Shown in pieces: positions 29,039-38,055 of a stretch of 64,000 nucleotides of DNA. A program made the position numbers and the translations under genes. Position 1 is the first letter of the stretch. Every line of letters starts with the position of its first letter. Below the pieces are notes generated by a model. The model was not told the DNA's origin, did not search any database, and saw only the letters and a program-made list of their open reading frames with translations. The stretch spans positions 186,001 through 250,000 of IMG/VR virus record IMGVR_UViG_3300037294_000266, one strand, 5' to 3'.

Positions 29039-29527
29039 TTACTGTTCGATATCTGACATTGCCAGCAGAATGAGAAACACCATCCAGTAATTTGTTTTAA
29101 GTATTCCAGTAAACGTAGACGCTGGAGCGCTGTACTGCTTGTGGTCAACAGGTACCAGAATTGCGCGACTCGGCCATGTCAATGCACCAGCCAAGTGATC
29201 GATAAACGAGTTGTAGTCTGCCTCGCTCATCGGGTTGTGAAGCATCATGTACGTGCAGCCTGTCATGACATAATCGAACATACTGGCTTTTACTTCAGTA
29301 TCTTCAATATCACGATCCACATAACGGAGCCAGAGCTTTTCCAGCTCTGGCTCCGTATGTACAGAGAACCACCGAATACGACGAAGTTCCATTAGATCTT
29401 CGCGTAGAAAGCCGTCTCTCAGACCGAGGACAGTGCATGCCGGATCGTTCAGGAAGATGTCAGTCCACTTCTTAATCGAAGTAGTCAGGCCTTCAAGAGT
29501 TTTACGATCGCTATCGGCAAAAGCCAT
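29039..29527 (-). CDS. Hypothetical protein (162 aa)
   Basis: SD GAGGT; follows the vRNAP beta-C gene. Confidence 0.75.
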   Translation of the reverse strand: MAFADSDRKTLEGLTTSIKKWTDIFLNDPACTVLGLRDGFLREDLMELRRIRWFSVHTEPELEKLWLRYVDRDIEDTEVKASMFDYVMTGCTYMMLHNPMSEADYNSFIDHLAGALTWPSRAILVPVDHKQYSAPASTFTGILKTNYWMVFLILLAMSDIEQ

Positions 29528-29529
29528 GT

Positions 29530-30231
29530 TTACACCTCGTCAATATTGTTATCAATCAACATGCCACGATAAAGGATCGAGACGGTCGATGTAGCTTGGG
29601 TAACGCCACCATGACTGGTTACGTCTTCGATACTTACTTCCCCGTGTTCTATCAGCTGACGATCGAATTCGCCTTGAGACACACGATCACCCCCACGCAC
29701 TTTAATCTCTTCAATGAGAGTGTGCTCGAGACCGTGTGACAACTGAGCCTGTACTTCAGGAAATGAAATCTTAGAGCCCTTAGACTTGCCGGTTACCTGG
29801 CCAGACATTTCATCCACATGACGCGCGTCTGCTGGGATGGAGGACTTCTTGGTCAGCATCTGTGCCTGACGACGAATCGTCATGTGTAAGGACAGGTACT
29901 TTTGAGGTGTTAGAAAAACAATCCCCGTGTGAGGATCGGTCAGCCACAGTTGTTCGAAGAACTGATGTCCGATTTTGTCAGCCACCACCATGAGGTTATC
30001 CATCGTTACCCGTGGATCCTTCAAGTTCGGTGAAACAAACGGAAGGATTTCTTGGTTGATTAGATCATCATCATTGGCAGGACGAGCGAGCGCTCGAATG
30101 TACGTATCGAAATCAGCGTCAGACATGGCATCAAGACGTTGCTTGGTCAGGTCGGCGTTGAAGCTATCACCTGGAATAATGCCTGAAACCGAATCGACGA
30201 TGAAGGCGGTGACTTGTTGACGACTGGCCAT
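29530..30231 (-). CDS. Virion RNA polymerase beta subunit, C-terminal part (phiKZ gp149-like)
   Basis: SGQVTGKSKGSKISFPEVQAQLSHGLEHTLIEEIKVRGGD aligns with RpoB [43 protein letters not shown]; start at MASRQQ (SD GAGGA). Confidence 0.88.
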   Translation of the reverse strand: MASRQQVTAFIVDSVSGIIPGDSFNADLTKQRLDAMSDADFDTYIRALARPANDDDLINQEILPFVSPNLKDPRVTMDNLMVVADKIGHQFFEQLWLTDPHTGIVFLTPQKYLSLHMTIRRQAQMLTKKSSIPADARHVDEMSGQVTGKSKGSKISFPEVQAQLSHGLEHTLIEEIKVRGGDRVSQGEFDRQLIEHGEVSIEDVTSHGGVTQATSTVSILYRGMLIDNNIDEV

Positions 30232-30241
30232 GACAGTTTCC

Positions 30242-30526
30242 TCAAGAAGCGGCTGGAAGACCATGTTGGATGATGGTTGGAAGAACCAGGTTTTTAAAGT
30301 GGCGCAACCAATCACGTGGTTCAATATCGTCTACCAGACAAGTGCGGGCAGAGATGGTTGAAGCGTGAAGCGCGGCTAACTGAGTGCGCCAGTAGCGATT
30401 GAGATCACTGATCTCATCTTTCTCATTGGCAGCCTTCGATTGGAAGTTACGCGTGAACCGAGTAGCAGCACTCGGGTTTTCCATGGCGATCATATCAACC
30501 ACGGCAGTGACTATATTGTTAGTCAT
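30242..30526 (-). CDS. Hypothetical protein (94 aa)
   Basis: SD GGAGG; lies between uvsX and vRNAP beta-C. Confidence 0.75.
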   Translation of the reverse strand: MTNNIVTAVVDMIAMENPSAATRFTRNFQSKAANEKDEISDLNRYWRTQLAALHASTISARTCLVDDIEPRDWLRHFKNLVLPTIIQHGLPAAS

Positions 30527-30591
30527 GGGAGGTCCTCCCGTTTGAGTTAAGGAATGAGAGCTGACATGGAGTCACATCAGCCCTCAGATAA

Positions 30592-32151
30592 TTAGACTGC
30601 TTTAGCAGCCTGACGTTCAGCAATTGCTTTAATGAGATCTGCAGCGATTACTGGTTTAGCAGCAGTACCAGCAGATGCTTCCGAGGCAGTGGCGATTGCA
30701 GCCGTTGCCTTAGCCTTAGCTTTAACAGCAGCGTCATACCAGTACGGACGATACGTACCCGCGCGCATGTTCAGCAGATCCATCGTGGACAGGAAAGGAA
30801 TATCTGCGTAGACACCCTTCTCTTCCAGAGGCAGCCAGAAACCGCGTGTATCAAGCAGTAGTTCCCAGTCGTACCCTTTCTCTAACAGATCGGTGTAAAG
30901 CTCTTTAGGGTCGCACAGGAGGCCTGCTGGGAGCTCATGCCACAGATTGCCCATCATGCAGAGTTCTGCGGTGACGTTCATGGCTCGTTTAAGGCGAGAA
31001 TCTACCTCAAGCAACGTCCGGATTGATTTACGGGTCAGGTTGACTGACGGGTGTAGGTCAAGGCGGAAGTTTGGTTTGCCCTTAGCCTTGTTACCGTCCT
31101 TGTCCGAGATACCGAAGTAGTCGAAACCTTTGCAGTAAACGAATTCAGTCAGTTCTGGCTTAAGGCCTTCAGATTGAGACACCACCACTTCAAACGGAAC
31201 ACCTGATGGACCTGACTTACCGCGCAGGTTAACCATGGTAATGCAGATGAGGTCGGTATCGCCTTTCAGATCGTCTTCGTCGCTACGTGGGAACTCAGGA
31301 AGCTTATCGCCATCGAGCATCGGGGATAGCGAGACACAGTACCAGCAATTCGCTGTAAGGAAGCTGAAGTTCTCAGGTACCTTCTTAAGCTTCAGGTCGC
31401 CCTTAAGGAACTTAAGACGCTTGACGTTCGGCTTGTACATGTCCAACTGGTATTCTTGACCAACGTGAGCGGTCATGAGAAGATGAAGACCCGAACCGCT
31501 GGTCACACCCGTTACCTGATCGATCAACTGGCTCTTAGCACCAGCGCCTTTCATGGCAACCATGTTCAATTCTTTACCACCAACCTGACCTTTCTCGTAC
31601 ATGTCCATAACACCTTCAGTCTGAAGACCGGAAAGGCTGTCAAGGAATGCCAGAGTAGGGCTAGGGATCTTCACGAGCTCTTTAGACGTCTCATCGACGA
31701 ATGGCGTGGTGATCATGATGCTTTTGTCAGCACGTCGCGCAGCGGCGTACTCACGCATCACTGTCCACCACTCGTTACCAGTATAGGTAGACGCATCGGT
31801 GAACAGTAGACGGCCGGCGTCGATCAGGTTGTTGCCAAATAGCTCAGGGAACTGACTGAACACGTTCTGAATACGACCTGGTGACAACGTATTCTCTGAG
31901 TCATGTGCCATCATAATGGCCAACGATACTCGGTTCATTACCGAACCCAACTGAAACAGAGAGATAACGGTTTTAAACATGTTAGGCAGACCAGCTACCC
32001 CAGTGAAGTGGTTAAGACCACCACACAAGATCGACTCGCCATATTTGCCTTTGTAATACTTGCCGGTCTGGATATCAAAGAGAGCACCGATGTTCCACAT
32101 TGGGCGAAGTGACGGTGCCTGCTTGAATATTGCAAATGGGTTGCTAGACAT
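30592..32151 (-). CDS. uvsX: UvsX/RecA-like recombinase (phiKZ gp152-like)
   Basis: Walker A variant GLPNMFKT, HDSE, Walker B AFLDSLS, LMTAH. Confidence 0.85.
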   Translation of the reverse strand: MSSNPFAIFKQAPSLRPMWNIGALFDIQTGKYYKGKYGESILCGGLNHFTGVAGLPNMFKTVISLFQLGSVMNRVSLAIMMAHDSENTLSPGRIQNVFSQFPELFGNNLIDAGRLLFTDASTYTGNEWWTVMREYAAARRADKSIMITTPFVDETSKELVKIPSPTLAFLDSLSGLQTEGVMDMYEKGQVGGKELNMVAMKGAGAKSQLIDQVTGVTSGSGLHLLMTAHVGQEYQLDMYKPNVKRLKFLKGDLKLKKVPENFSFLTANCWYCVSLSPMLDGDKLPEFPRSDEDDLKGDTDLICITMVNLRGKSGPSGVPFEVVVSQSEGLKPELTEFVYCKGFDYFGISDKDGNKAKGKPNFRLDLHPSVNLTRKSIRTLLEVDSRLKRAMNVTAELCMMGNLWHELPAGLLCDPKELYTDLLEKGYDWELLLDTRGFWLPLEEKGVYADIPFLSTMDLLNMRAGTYRPYWYDAAVKAKAKATAAIATASEASAGTAAKPVIAADLIKAIAERQAAKAV

Positions 32152-32233
32152 GGTGTCGTTATTCCAATGGTTGAGTAGCAGTTATTGCGCAAACGATATG
32201 AAAAATTACTTTCTTTTAACACGGAGTCATTAG

Positions 32234-33064
32234 ATGAGCATCGACCTTTCCAGCAGCTTTGACACAGTCTCTTTTGAAGAACTGGAAAAGCTTGCACATG
32301 TGATTTCCATGGAGTCTGGTGTGCAGACCAGTCTGGCATTCGACCCTAAGCGTCGGTTTGACCAGTTCTTCACTCGCGCCAGTATCTTTTTCAAGAGCAT
32401 TCAGATCCCTGTCTTGAATTCCATTAAGCTCATGTCCAATGACATGAACACCTTGGTATCACGAGTAGGTTTCGTGAACGCTACAGGTAAGGACGTCATC
32501 GTTCCTGAAGGCTTCATTGGCCAATGGCTGCCGTACAGTGCATCACTTAAAGAGCAGATGAACAAAGCCAGCAAGGTTGAGTTCATGGTGCGTGCATTGA
32601 ATGACACCCTCGGTCGTCTTCTTAATGACCCTGACCAGCTCAAGTCGCTTTCAGGCGTTGGCCATACTGGTCCTAGCTCACTCGGTCTTGATGAAGGCAT
32701 GCGCGCCATTGCTTCCACTTACTTCGACGGTAAGAGCAATCACATCAACCGTTCATTCGGTTCTGTGATCGAACGTGCTGCCGACATCCCTGCTGTACAC
32801 AACAACATTAACGATGCCACGGCAATGGACAAAGCCCATCCTGCTAAGAAAGCGTTGGTTGCAGTTGAACGTACCATGCAGTTGGCTGACAGTCTCATTC
32901 CGTATGTCTCAGGCGAGACAGGCGTGTCTAAGGCAGTCATGCAGGAATTGATCGATCTGACTCTCCAGATCGCTCGTGAAATGGAAGCCTACGGCGTCCT
33001 GCTGTTCCGCATTCGTCAGTTTTCAGAAGCGCTTAAAGACAGCGTTAAAGAACTGAAAAAATAA
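32234..33064 (+). CDS. Virion head protein with short cleaved propeptide (phiKZ gp153-like)
   Basis: N-terminal VSFE/ISME protease sites; SD GGAG. Confidence 0.6.
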   Translation: MSIDLSSSFDTVSFEELEKLAHVISMESGVQTSLAFDPKRRFDQFFTRASIFFKSIQIPVLNSIKLMSNDMNTLVSRVGFVNATGKDVIVPEGFIGQWLPYSASLKEQMNKASKVEFMVRALNDTLGRLLNDPDQLKSLSGVGHTGPSSLGLDEGMRAIASTYFDGKSNHINRSFGSVIERAADIPAVHNNINDATAMDKAHPAKKALVAVERTMQLADSLIPYVSGETGVSKAVMQELIDLTLQIAREMEAYGVLLFRIRQFSEALKDSVKELKK

Positions 33065-33069
33065 GATGG

Positions 33070-33115
33070 CAGCATAAAATCGATGGGAGGGCACAAGTCC
33101 CTCCCATCTATGCCG
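33070..33115. terminator. Bidirectional hairpin-TATG terminator
   Basis: GATGGGAGGGC-ACAA-GTCCCTCCCATC followed by TATGCCG; TATGCTG on - strand. Confidence 0.7.
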
Positions 33116-33117
33116 CA

Positions 33118-33498
33118 TTATGCAAGTTGCTCGTGGTACTGGGTTTGGCGTAAGACCCGTTCCACGTCACGCAGCATTGTTTCACGGTCGATGTATCGAA
33201 GCCAACGAGGCATCTTTCCGTAGACAAGTTCAACCGCTTGTTTATAGTCACCATCTTCACAACACTTAACAACCTGATCAACCATTTTGTCTTTCCAGAG
33301 AACTGGGCAGACCATGGCTGGGAATGAAAGTGAGTTAGGATTGTTCACCAGGTAAAACAACCTGTTGAATTCCGTGAGGATGGAGTCAGAGGGGTTGTAG
33401 TTCCGTATAAGCCGGAAGTAGAGGCTAGCCACGAACAACGTCCGTTTGAACGTAGCCCAGAACCCGTGTGATTGATTAATCGCAACAGACCGGTACAT
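33118..33498 (-). CDS. Hypothetical protein (126 aa)
   Basis: ORF after RNase H, SD AAGGGA. Confidence 0.7.
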   Translation of the reverse strand: MYRSVAINQSHGFWATFKRTLFVASLYFRLIRNYNPSDSILTEFNRLFYLVNNPNSLSFPAMVCPVLWKDKMVDQVVKCCEDGDYKQAVELVYGKMPRWLRYIDRETMLRDVERVLRQTQYHEQLA

Positions 33499-33508
33499 AA
33501 ATGTCCCT

Positions 33509-35011
33509 TCAGTTCACGAGCTTGAAGTTGCCGAACGGACTGGCCCATATCCCAACGTCTTCACCCACCTCTATCACAGTCGCATAGCGAATGACAGAAG
33601 ACGATTCACGCCAGGTAATGACCACCACTCGCTTTACATCTTCAGCGAGAGCCGACAGCGCGTTTCTACCAATGATGTCAGAACCCACAATCAATCTGAC
33701 TTTCGTCTTCTCAACTGGGACTTCTTCCATCGCCCTGAGTTCCCGTGCGAACGAGGTATTGTAGTTCACGCTCACGTCGAGGTGTTTAACCGCGTTCGTG
33801 ACGTCCTTACGGAGCTTGCGTGATGCGATACCTTTCTTCTCGACGGTCTCATAGAGTAGGTCAGTAAGATCGGTTATAATAACCGACTTGTCCTGAGCAA
33901 TATACATGTCCAGCGTTTCAGACATATTCTCCAAGTGATCGACGTTATAGAAGTACAATCCTGTCGGCGTGGCGTGGTGAATCAGTGGCATCCGCTTGTC
34001 TGTCTGCAGACTCTGATTGGCCTTATTTCCCCGGAATACATTCAGGCCGAAACGCATGATGTCTTCAGTGGCTTTGGCATTCGTGATATTGCGCATGGCG
34101 CCTACATACAGACTGCCGACCTGCATCTTGTCGAGAGCGATGAAGTGATCACGAATCTTCTCAAGTACGTCAATAGGCGACTTGAGATAGAGTACTGCGT
34201 TGGAACTGTCAGACTGTGGCTTGGAGACGTCTTCGTCGTCGCCGTGCTGTCCTGTCCAATATACATGCCGACCGTCTTTAGACATCCGACGATCTGCTGC
34301 AATTGAACTGAAATACCACTTTGGCTGATCAAGGATGCGGTTGTAGTTCGGTGCAGACTTCCAATAACCCTCTGGCTTGTCTTCAAACTTGTAGGTGAGG
34401 TCGTAGCCACTCAGCCCAATGCAATTGCCCTTACCTGCCCATTGGTCAGCCATCTCGTTGCCATGGTGACCATTATGGCCTTTGATCCACGCAAGCTTGA
34501 CTTCGCTCTTTGCAGTAGCGAGATCGTTGAGCAGTGCATCAACAGCCAACCAATCTTTCTTGTTCGATACTTCAGTTCCATTGCGGGTCATCCAGCCATT
34601 CTGCTTCCAGCGGGGAATGTACTGATTGATGCCCTTGACTACATATTCCGAATCGGAATAAATCAGCGTGTGGTTCAACCCTTTCTCAAGGGCATAGGTC
34701 AACGCTTCCTTTGCAGCCAACAGTTCCGTGTGGTTATTGCTATTAGCATTGGGAACACCACCGAAACTGTCTACGTAATTCAAGATGCTGACAGCGTTCG
34801 TCTCATCCTTTGTATCCGAATAGCCTTCTGCAGTCGGTGTCGAGTTTGGAACACCGCTGCCCTTGGCTTTGTCTGGCATAGGACCTGGCGTAAACACGTA
34901 ACCGTGTACACCCCAACCACCTGCCCGCTCACTGCTGTAGTAACCACCATCGGCGTAAAGAATACCGTTATAGGTGATAGCACTTATTGTATCGTTAGAG
35001 TCAGACATCAT
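33509..35011 (-). CDS. rnhA: Ribonuclease HI with long C-terminal extension (phiKZ gp155-like)
   Basis: YADGG, NNHTELLA, IYSDSEYV, WIKGHNGHHGNEMADQWA catalytic motifs. Confidence 0.92.
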   Translation of the reverse strand: MMSDSNDTISAITYNGILYADGGYYSSERAGGWGVHGYVFTPGPMPDKAKGSGVPNSTPTAEGYSDTKDETNAVSILNYVDSFGGVPNANSNNHTELLAAKEALTYALEKGLNHTLIYSDSEYVVKGINQYIPRWKQNGWMTRNGTEVSNKKDWLAVDALLNDLATAKSEVKLAWIKGHNGHHGNEMADQWAGKGNCIGLSGYDLTYKFEDKPEGYWKSAPNYNRILDQPKWYFSSIAADRRMSKDGRHVYWTGQHGDDEDVSKPQSDSSNAVLYLKSPIDVLEKIRDHFIALDKMQVGSLYVGAMRNITNAKATEDIMRFGLNVFRGNKANQSLQTDKRMPLIHHATPTGLYFYNVDHLENMSETLDMYIAQDKSVIITDLTDLLYETVEKKGIASRKLRKDVTNAVKHLDVSVNYNTSFARELRAMEEVPVEKTKVRLIVGSDIIGRNALSALAEDVKRVVVITWRESSSVIRYATVIEVGEDVGIWASPFGNFKLVN

Positions 35012-35430
35012 GGTACCTTGGTCAATTGGCCTACGTCTCCTGTTCCCATGTTATACCCAAGATCCTTTTTCAAAAACTCAATCGAGTTAGACTGGCACTT
35101 GGAATTGTAACGCAGGATGTCTTCTTCGATGAATCTATCCTCTTGATACATGTACGATTTGAGTTTCTCAGCGTACGTCAGGAGGACATCATTGACTTCA
35201 GAAGGACTCAGGTTGTGAAGATTGATCTTAGGGAACTGAGGCTTGGCATGACCAAGCCTAGGTGTCCTTACAAACTCCTCACATGTGGACGATTCTTGTT
35301 GAGCACCAAGGACAAAGAAGCTGGAGGTGCTGTTGTCGATGTGTTGAATGATAGAGCATGATCCGAGAGAGACAGATATCCAGAATGCTCCGAATATCCG
35401 CCCTCCTGAAAAGATGTCAGTAACTTTCAT
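35008..35430 (-). CDS. Putative lipoprotein, candidate o-spanin
   Basis: Signal-like N-terminus ending in lipobox LGSC (Cys25). Confidence 0.5.
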   Translation of the reverse strand: MKVTDIFSGGRIFGAFWISVSLGSCSIIQHIDNSTSSFFVLGAQQESSTCEEFVRTPRLGHAKPQFPKINLHNLSPSEVNDVLLTYAEKLKSYMYQEDRFIEEDILRYNSKCQSNSIEFLKKDLGYNMGTGDVGQLTKVP

Positions 35431-35439
35431 GGTTGAGAC

Positions 35440-35913
35440 CTATTCACTAAGTCTCCTCCACCGCTCGGCTAATTCGTTCGATGGAGGACGTGTAGCTGCT
35501 GGTTTGTCACCCGGAGCTTTTGGGTTCGGCTGACGTGTTGGTCGGCTGCTAGGGCCTGGACTAACTTCTTTTGTAATTGCTGGTACTGGGTTACTCTTAA
35601 GTTCATAGTACCTTTCCTTATACCATGCAACTTGCTCGGTCAGGAGAGGTAATTTGTTGTCAAGCTCCAGTTGTAGACTAGCCTGTATACGAACGTGTTC
35701 CTCGATCCGCAGTTCCTGATCGCGTACGATCATATATAGATTACCGAACAGAAGCGTCATGCTCAGGAACCCAGTGTACGCGATAATCAGAGGTATGTTC
35801 TCGTTAACAAACTGTCGAAATGTCCTATCACGCAACCACATTTCCCTTAGGAAAAGTGCCAGCGCTTTCAGCACTTTGAACAGTGTAGTGAATCCCATAT
35901 CTTCTCGATACAC
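35440..35913 (-). CDS. Type II membrane protein, candidate i-spanin
   Basis: TM IPLIIAYTGFLSMTLLFGNLYMIV, then a coiled-coil and Pro-rich tail; directly upstream of the lipoprotein. Confidence 0.5.
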   Translation of the reverse strand: MYREDMGFTTLFKVLKALALFLREMWLRDRTFRQFVNENIPLIIAYTGFLSMTLLFGNLYMIVRDQELRIEEHVRIQASLQLELDNKLPLLTEQVAWYKERYYELKSNPVPAITKEVSPGPSSRPTRQPNPKAPGDKPAATRPPSNELAERWRRLSE

Positions 35914-35996
35914 CCTATTACCTAAAATGGTATGGACGTTTCTAGTTTTTATTAACGATTGTCATAAGGTACGTGGCATTCCTCCCGGAGACAAGC

Positions 35997-37346
35997 ATGT
36001 ATAAATTAAAGGCTTTTGGTCAGATTGCAGCACTGATCGACAACACCCGTACCATCGTGGCACCCGTAGGCGAACTCTCGCCAATGGCCCTCACTTACGC
36101 CCGTGAAAAGGAATACCTAAACTCTGCCGCAGCCCCTGGGCATACGCTGGTGGTGTTCTCTTCTACGCAAGATGGTGAGGTGGTTCAGGCAGACCCTGTC
36201 TTAGCCGCACGATTGTTGCTCATTAACAAATGGACTTACGAACAAGCATTGGGTGGGAGCTTTAATCCATCCACTGAATCGTTCCGTACAAAGTTCATCC
36301 AGCAGTTTGGTACGCAGTACGCGTTGTGGTCCATTGGTGCGATGGTTGAAGCAACCCCTAACGTCTATCTCCCAGGGGTAATCAACCTGCGCGATATCGC
36401 CAATGATGAGCTTCAGTACACCATCTGGTACGCCACTGAGATCTTCGAACAACAGTTTGACGAATATGAGATCAAGGTAGTTCCGCCGATCGATGAACTC
36501 GATGCGTTCTTCCTAGGGCGTACTGTTGTCAAGAGTGCTTTGGCTGCCCGCACGCCTGATGAAACCATGGACTTCATCCAACAGGCTAAGGAAGGGTATC
36601 CTGAAACGTATCTTCAAGCAGAAATGTTTGAATGGTTCGATCCGGTTAATCCAACCGATAAGTTATTGCGCATTCCTACTTACTGGAGTGTCGTCATTTA
36701 CGGTCTCGCTGGCCGTAACGTCGATGCTATCAAAGAAGCGATCCGTGAACACATCCTGGACAACAGCGAACACACGAAAGAAGAATGGGCTGCTATCTTT
36801 CCTGAGATCTTCACATCGACCGAGTTCATCTTCGTTCCGATGTGGAAACTGTACGCCATTCCCAACCGTGAACTGGAAGCTGGCATGTACAGCTCTGTCG
36901 TCAATGCCTTCGCAGCCGTAGAGGAACTGAAACGTCTCGTACGTGGCGAAGGTTATACTGACGCATTCATTGAGGACAAGGCAGAGATCTTTGGTGCAGC
37001 TCACCGTGCGATCAGTGTGGCTGTAACAGGCGGACCTTACAACCGTGACGACATCACGAACTTCGTCCAACGTTATCCTGACTATATCAACGTAGATACG
37101 ACAAGTGTCGACTTCATGCGCATGAGTCCGGAGACCCGACGGCTGGTTCTCACGTTAGGTGGGATGATGGTCGTGGCCGAATCGATGACACCCGATTCGG
37201 CAGTACCTATCCAATACACCCGACTTGTTCGTGAGGGCGTACTGTACGTAGCTGCTACGCTGGATCGTTTCCAGTTGATCGTAGCCAGTAAGTACTCTGC
37301 TAACGACAACAGTTTACTAGAAGATTCTGGCGAGCCTGGGATCTGA
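35997..37346 (+). CDS. Virion structural protein (phiKZ gp157-like)
   Basis: Start at MYKLKAF (SD GGAGA); by synteny. Confidence 0.6.
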   Translation: MYKLKAFGQIAALIDNTRTIVAPVGELSPMALTYAREKEYLNSAAAPGHTLVVFSSTQDGEVVQADPVLAARLLLINKWTYEQALGGSFNPSTESFRTKFIQQFGTQYALWSIGAMVEATPNVYLPGVINLRDIANDELQYTIWYATEIFEQQFDEYEIKVVPPIDELDAFFLGRTVVKSALAARTPDETMDFIQQAKEGYPETYLQAEMFEWFDPVNPTDKLLRIPTYWSVVIYGLAGRNVDAIKEAIREHILDNSEHTKEEWAAIFPEIFTSTEFIFVPMWKLYAIPNRELEAGMYSSVVNAFAAVEELKRLVRGEGYTDAFIEDKAEIFGAAHRAISVAVTGGPYNRDDITNFVQRYPDYINVDTTSVDFMRMSPETRRLVLTLGGMMVVAESMTPDSAVPIQYTRLVREGVLYVAATLDRFQLIVASKYSANDNSLLEDSGEPGI

Positions 37347-37392
37347 AAGTAAGACAGTGGGGCATCCGCCCCACTTAATCGATGAGGTAGTT

Positions 37393-37998
37393 ATGCGTAT
37401 CCATCTTGCAGGTGCTGCTGGGTTTTTAAAGAGAGCCAGAGGTGTTATTGGTGAGACCCTTACAGGAGGGAATCTGACACTTGGGTTCTATGGCGAGATC
37501 CCTGCTGCGAATTTCATCACAGGCGATCTATTAGCAACTAAGATCGGTATGGCTGCTGGCGCTGGCGCCAAGCGTTACAGTAATGAACCTTGGCTTAAAT
37601 TTGCATATCAGGGTAAGACATTGTACGTCGCCAAGAAACATGTCCGCGTGGCGATAACCTGGGATAGCCTAAATGGCTTGGGTTCGGTGTTCGGGCAGAA
37701 GACAGTAGTCATCGGCGATAAGACTTATAAAGTTCGTATCCTTACTGGCAACGCTGGTTTTGAGTTCGACAAGTTATTTGAGCGAGTACATCGCAGCGGT
37801 ACTGTAACTCCTAAGTTCGCTGACTATTTAGCGGAAGATCTTGACATGGGACCTATCTACTCTCTATGTCAAGAAACTGTAACACTGTCGACATGGAGTG
37901 CGATCAGAAACAACATCCCAAGTGGTGTCAGCACCCAACCTAAAAATACCACGGGTACAAACGTCGGATGGCGCCCAGTACTTGAATTAGTTGTCTGA
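37393..37998 (+). CDS. Virion tail-associated protein of the phiKZ gp131-like paralogue family
   Basis: GFYGEI..FITG, WLKFAYQGKTLYVAKK and C-terminal GWRPVLELV motifs; SD GAGGT. Confidence 0.7.
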   Translation: MRIHLAGAAGFLKRARGVIGETLTGGNLTLGFYGEIPAANFITGDLLATKIGMAAGAGAKRYSNEPWLKFAYQGKTLYVAKKHVRVAITWDSLNGLGSVFGQKTVVIGDKTYKVRILTGNAGFEFDKLFERVHRSGTVTPKFADYLAEDLDMGPIYSLCQETVTLSTWSAIRNNIPSGVSTQPKNTTGTNVGWRPVLELVV

Positions 37999-38050
37999 CA
38001 ACATAGAGAGAGAGAGAGGAGCCGTGAGGCTCCTCTCTCTCTCTATGTCA
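37999..38050. terminator. Bidirectional (GA)n/(TC)n hairpin-TATG terminator
   Basis: CATA(GA)nGGAGCC-GTGA-GGCTCC(TC)nTATG between convergent genes. Confidence 0.75.
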
Positions 38051-38055
38051 CATCT

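Noticed and set aside
38006-38043. (GA)n/(TC)n run as a phase-variable microsatellite
   Set aside because: It forms the two arms of an intergenic hairpin between convergent genes.
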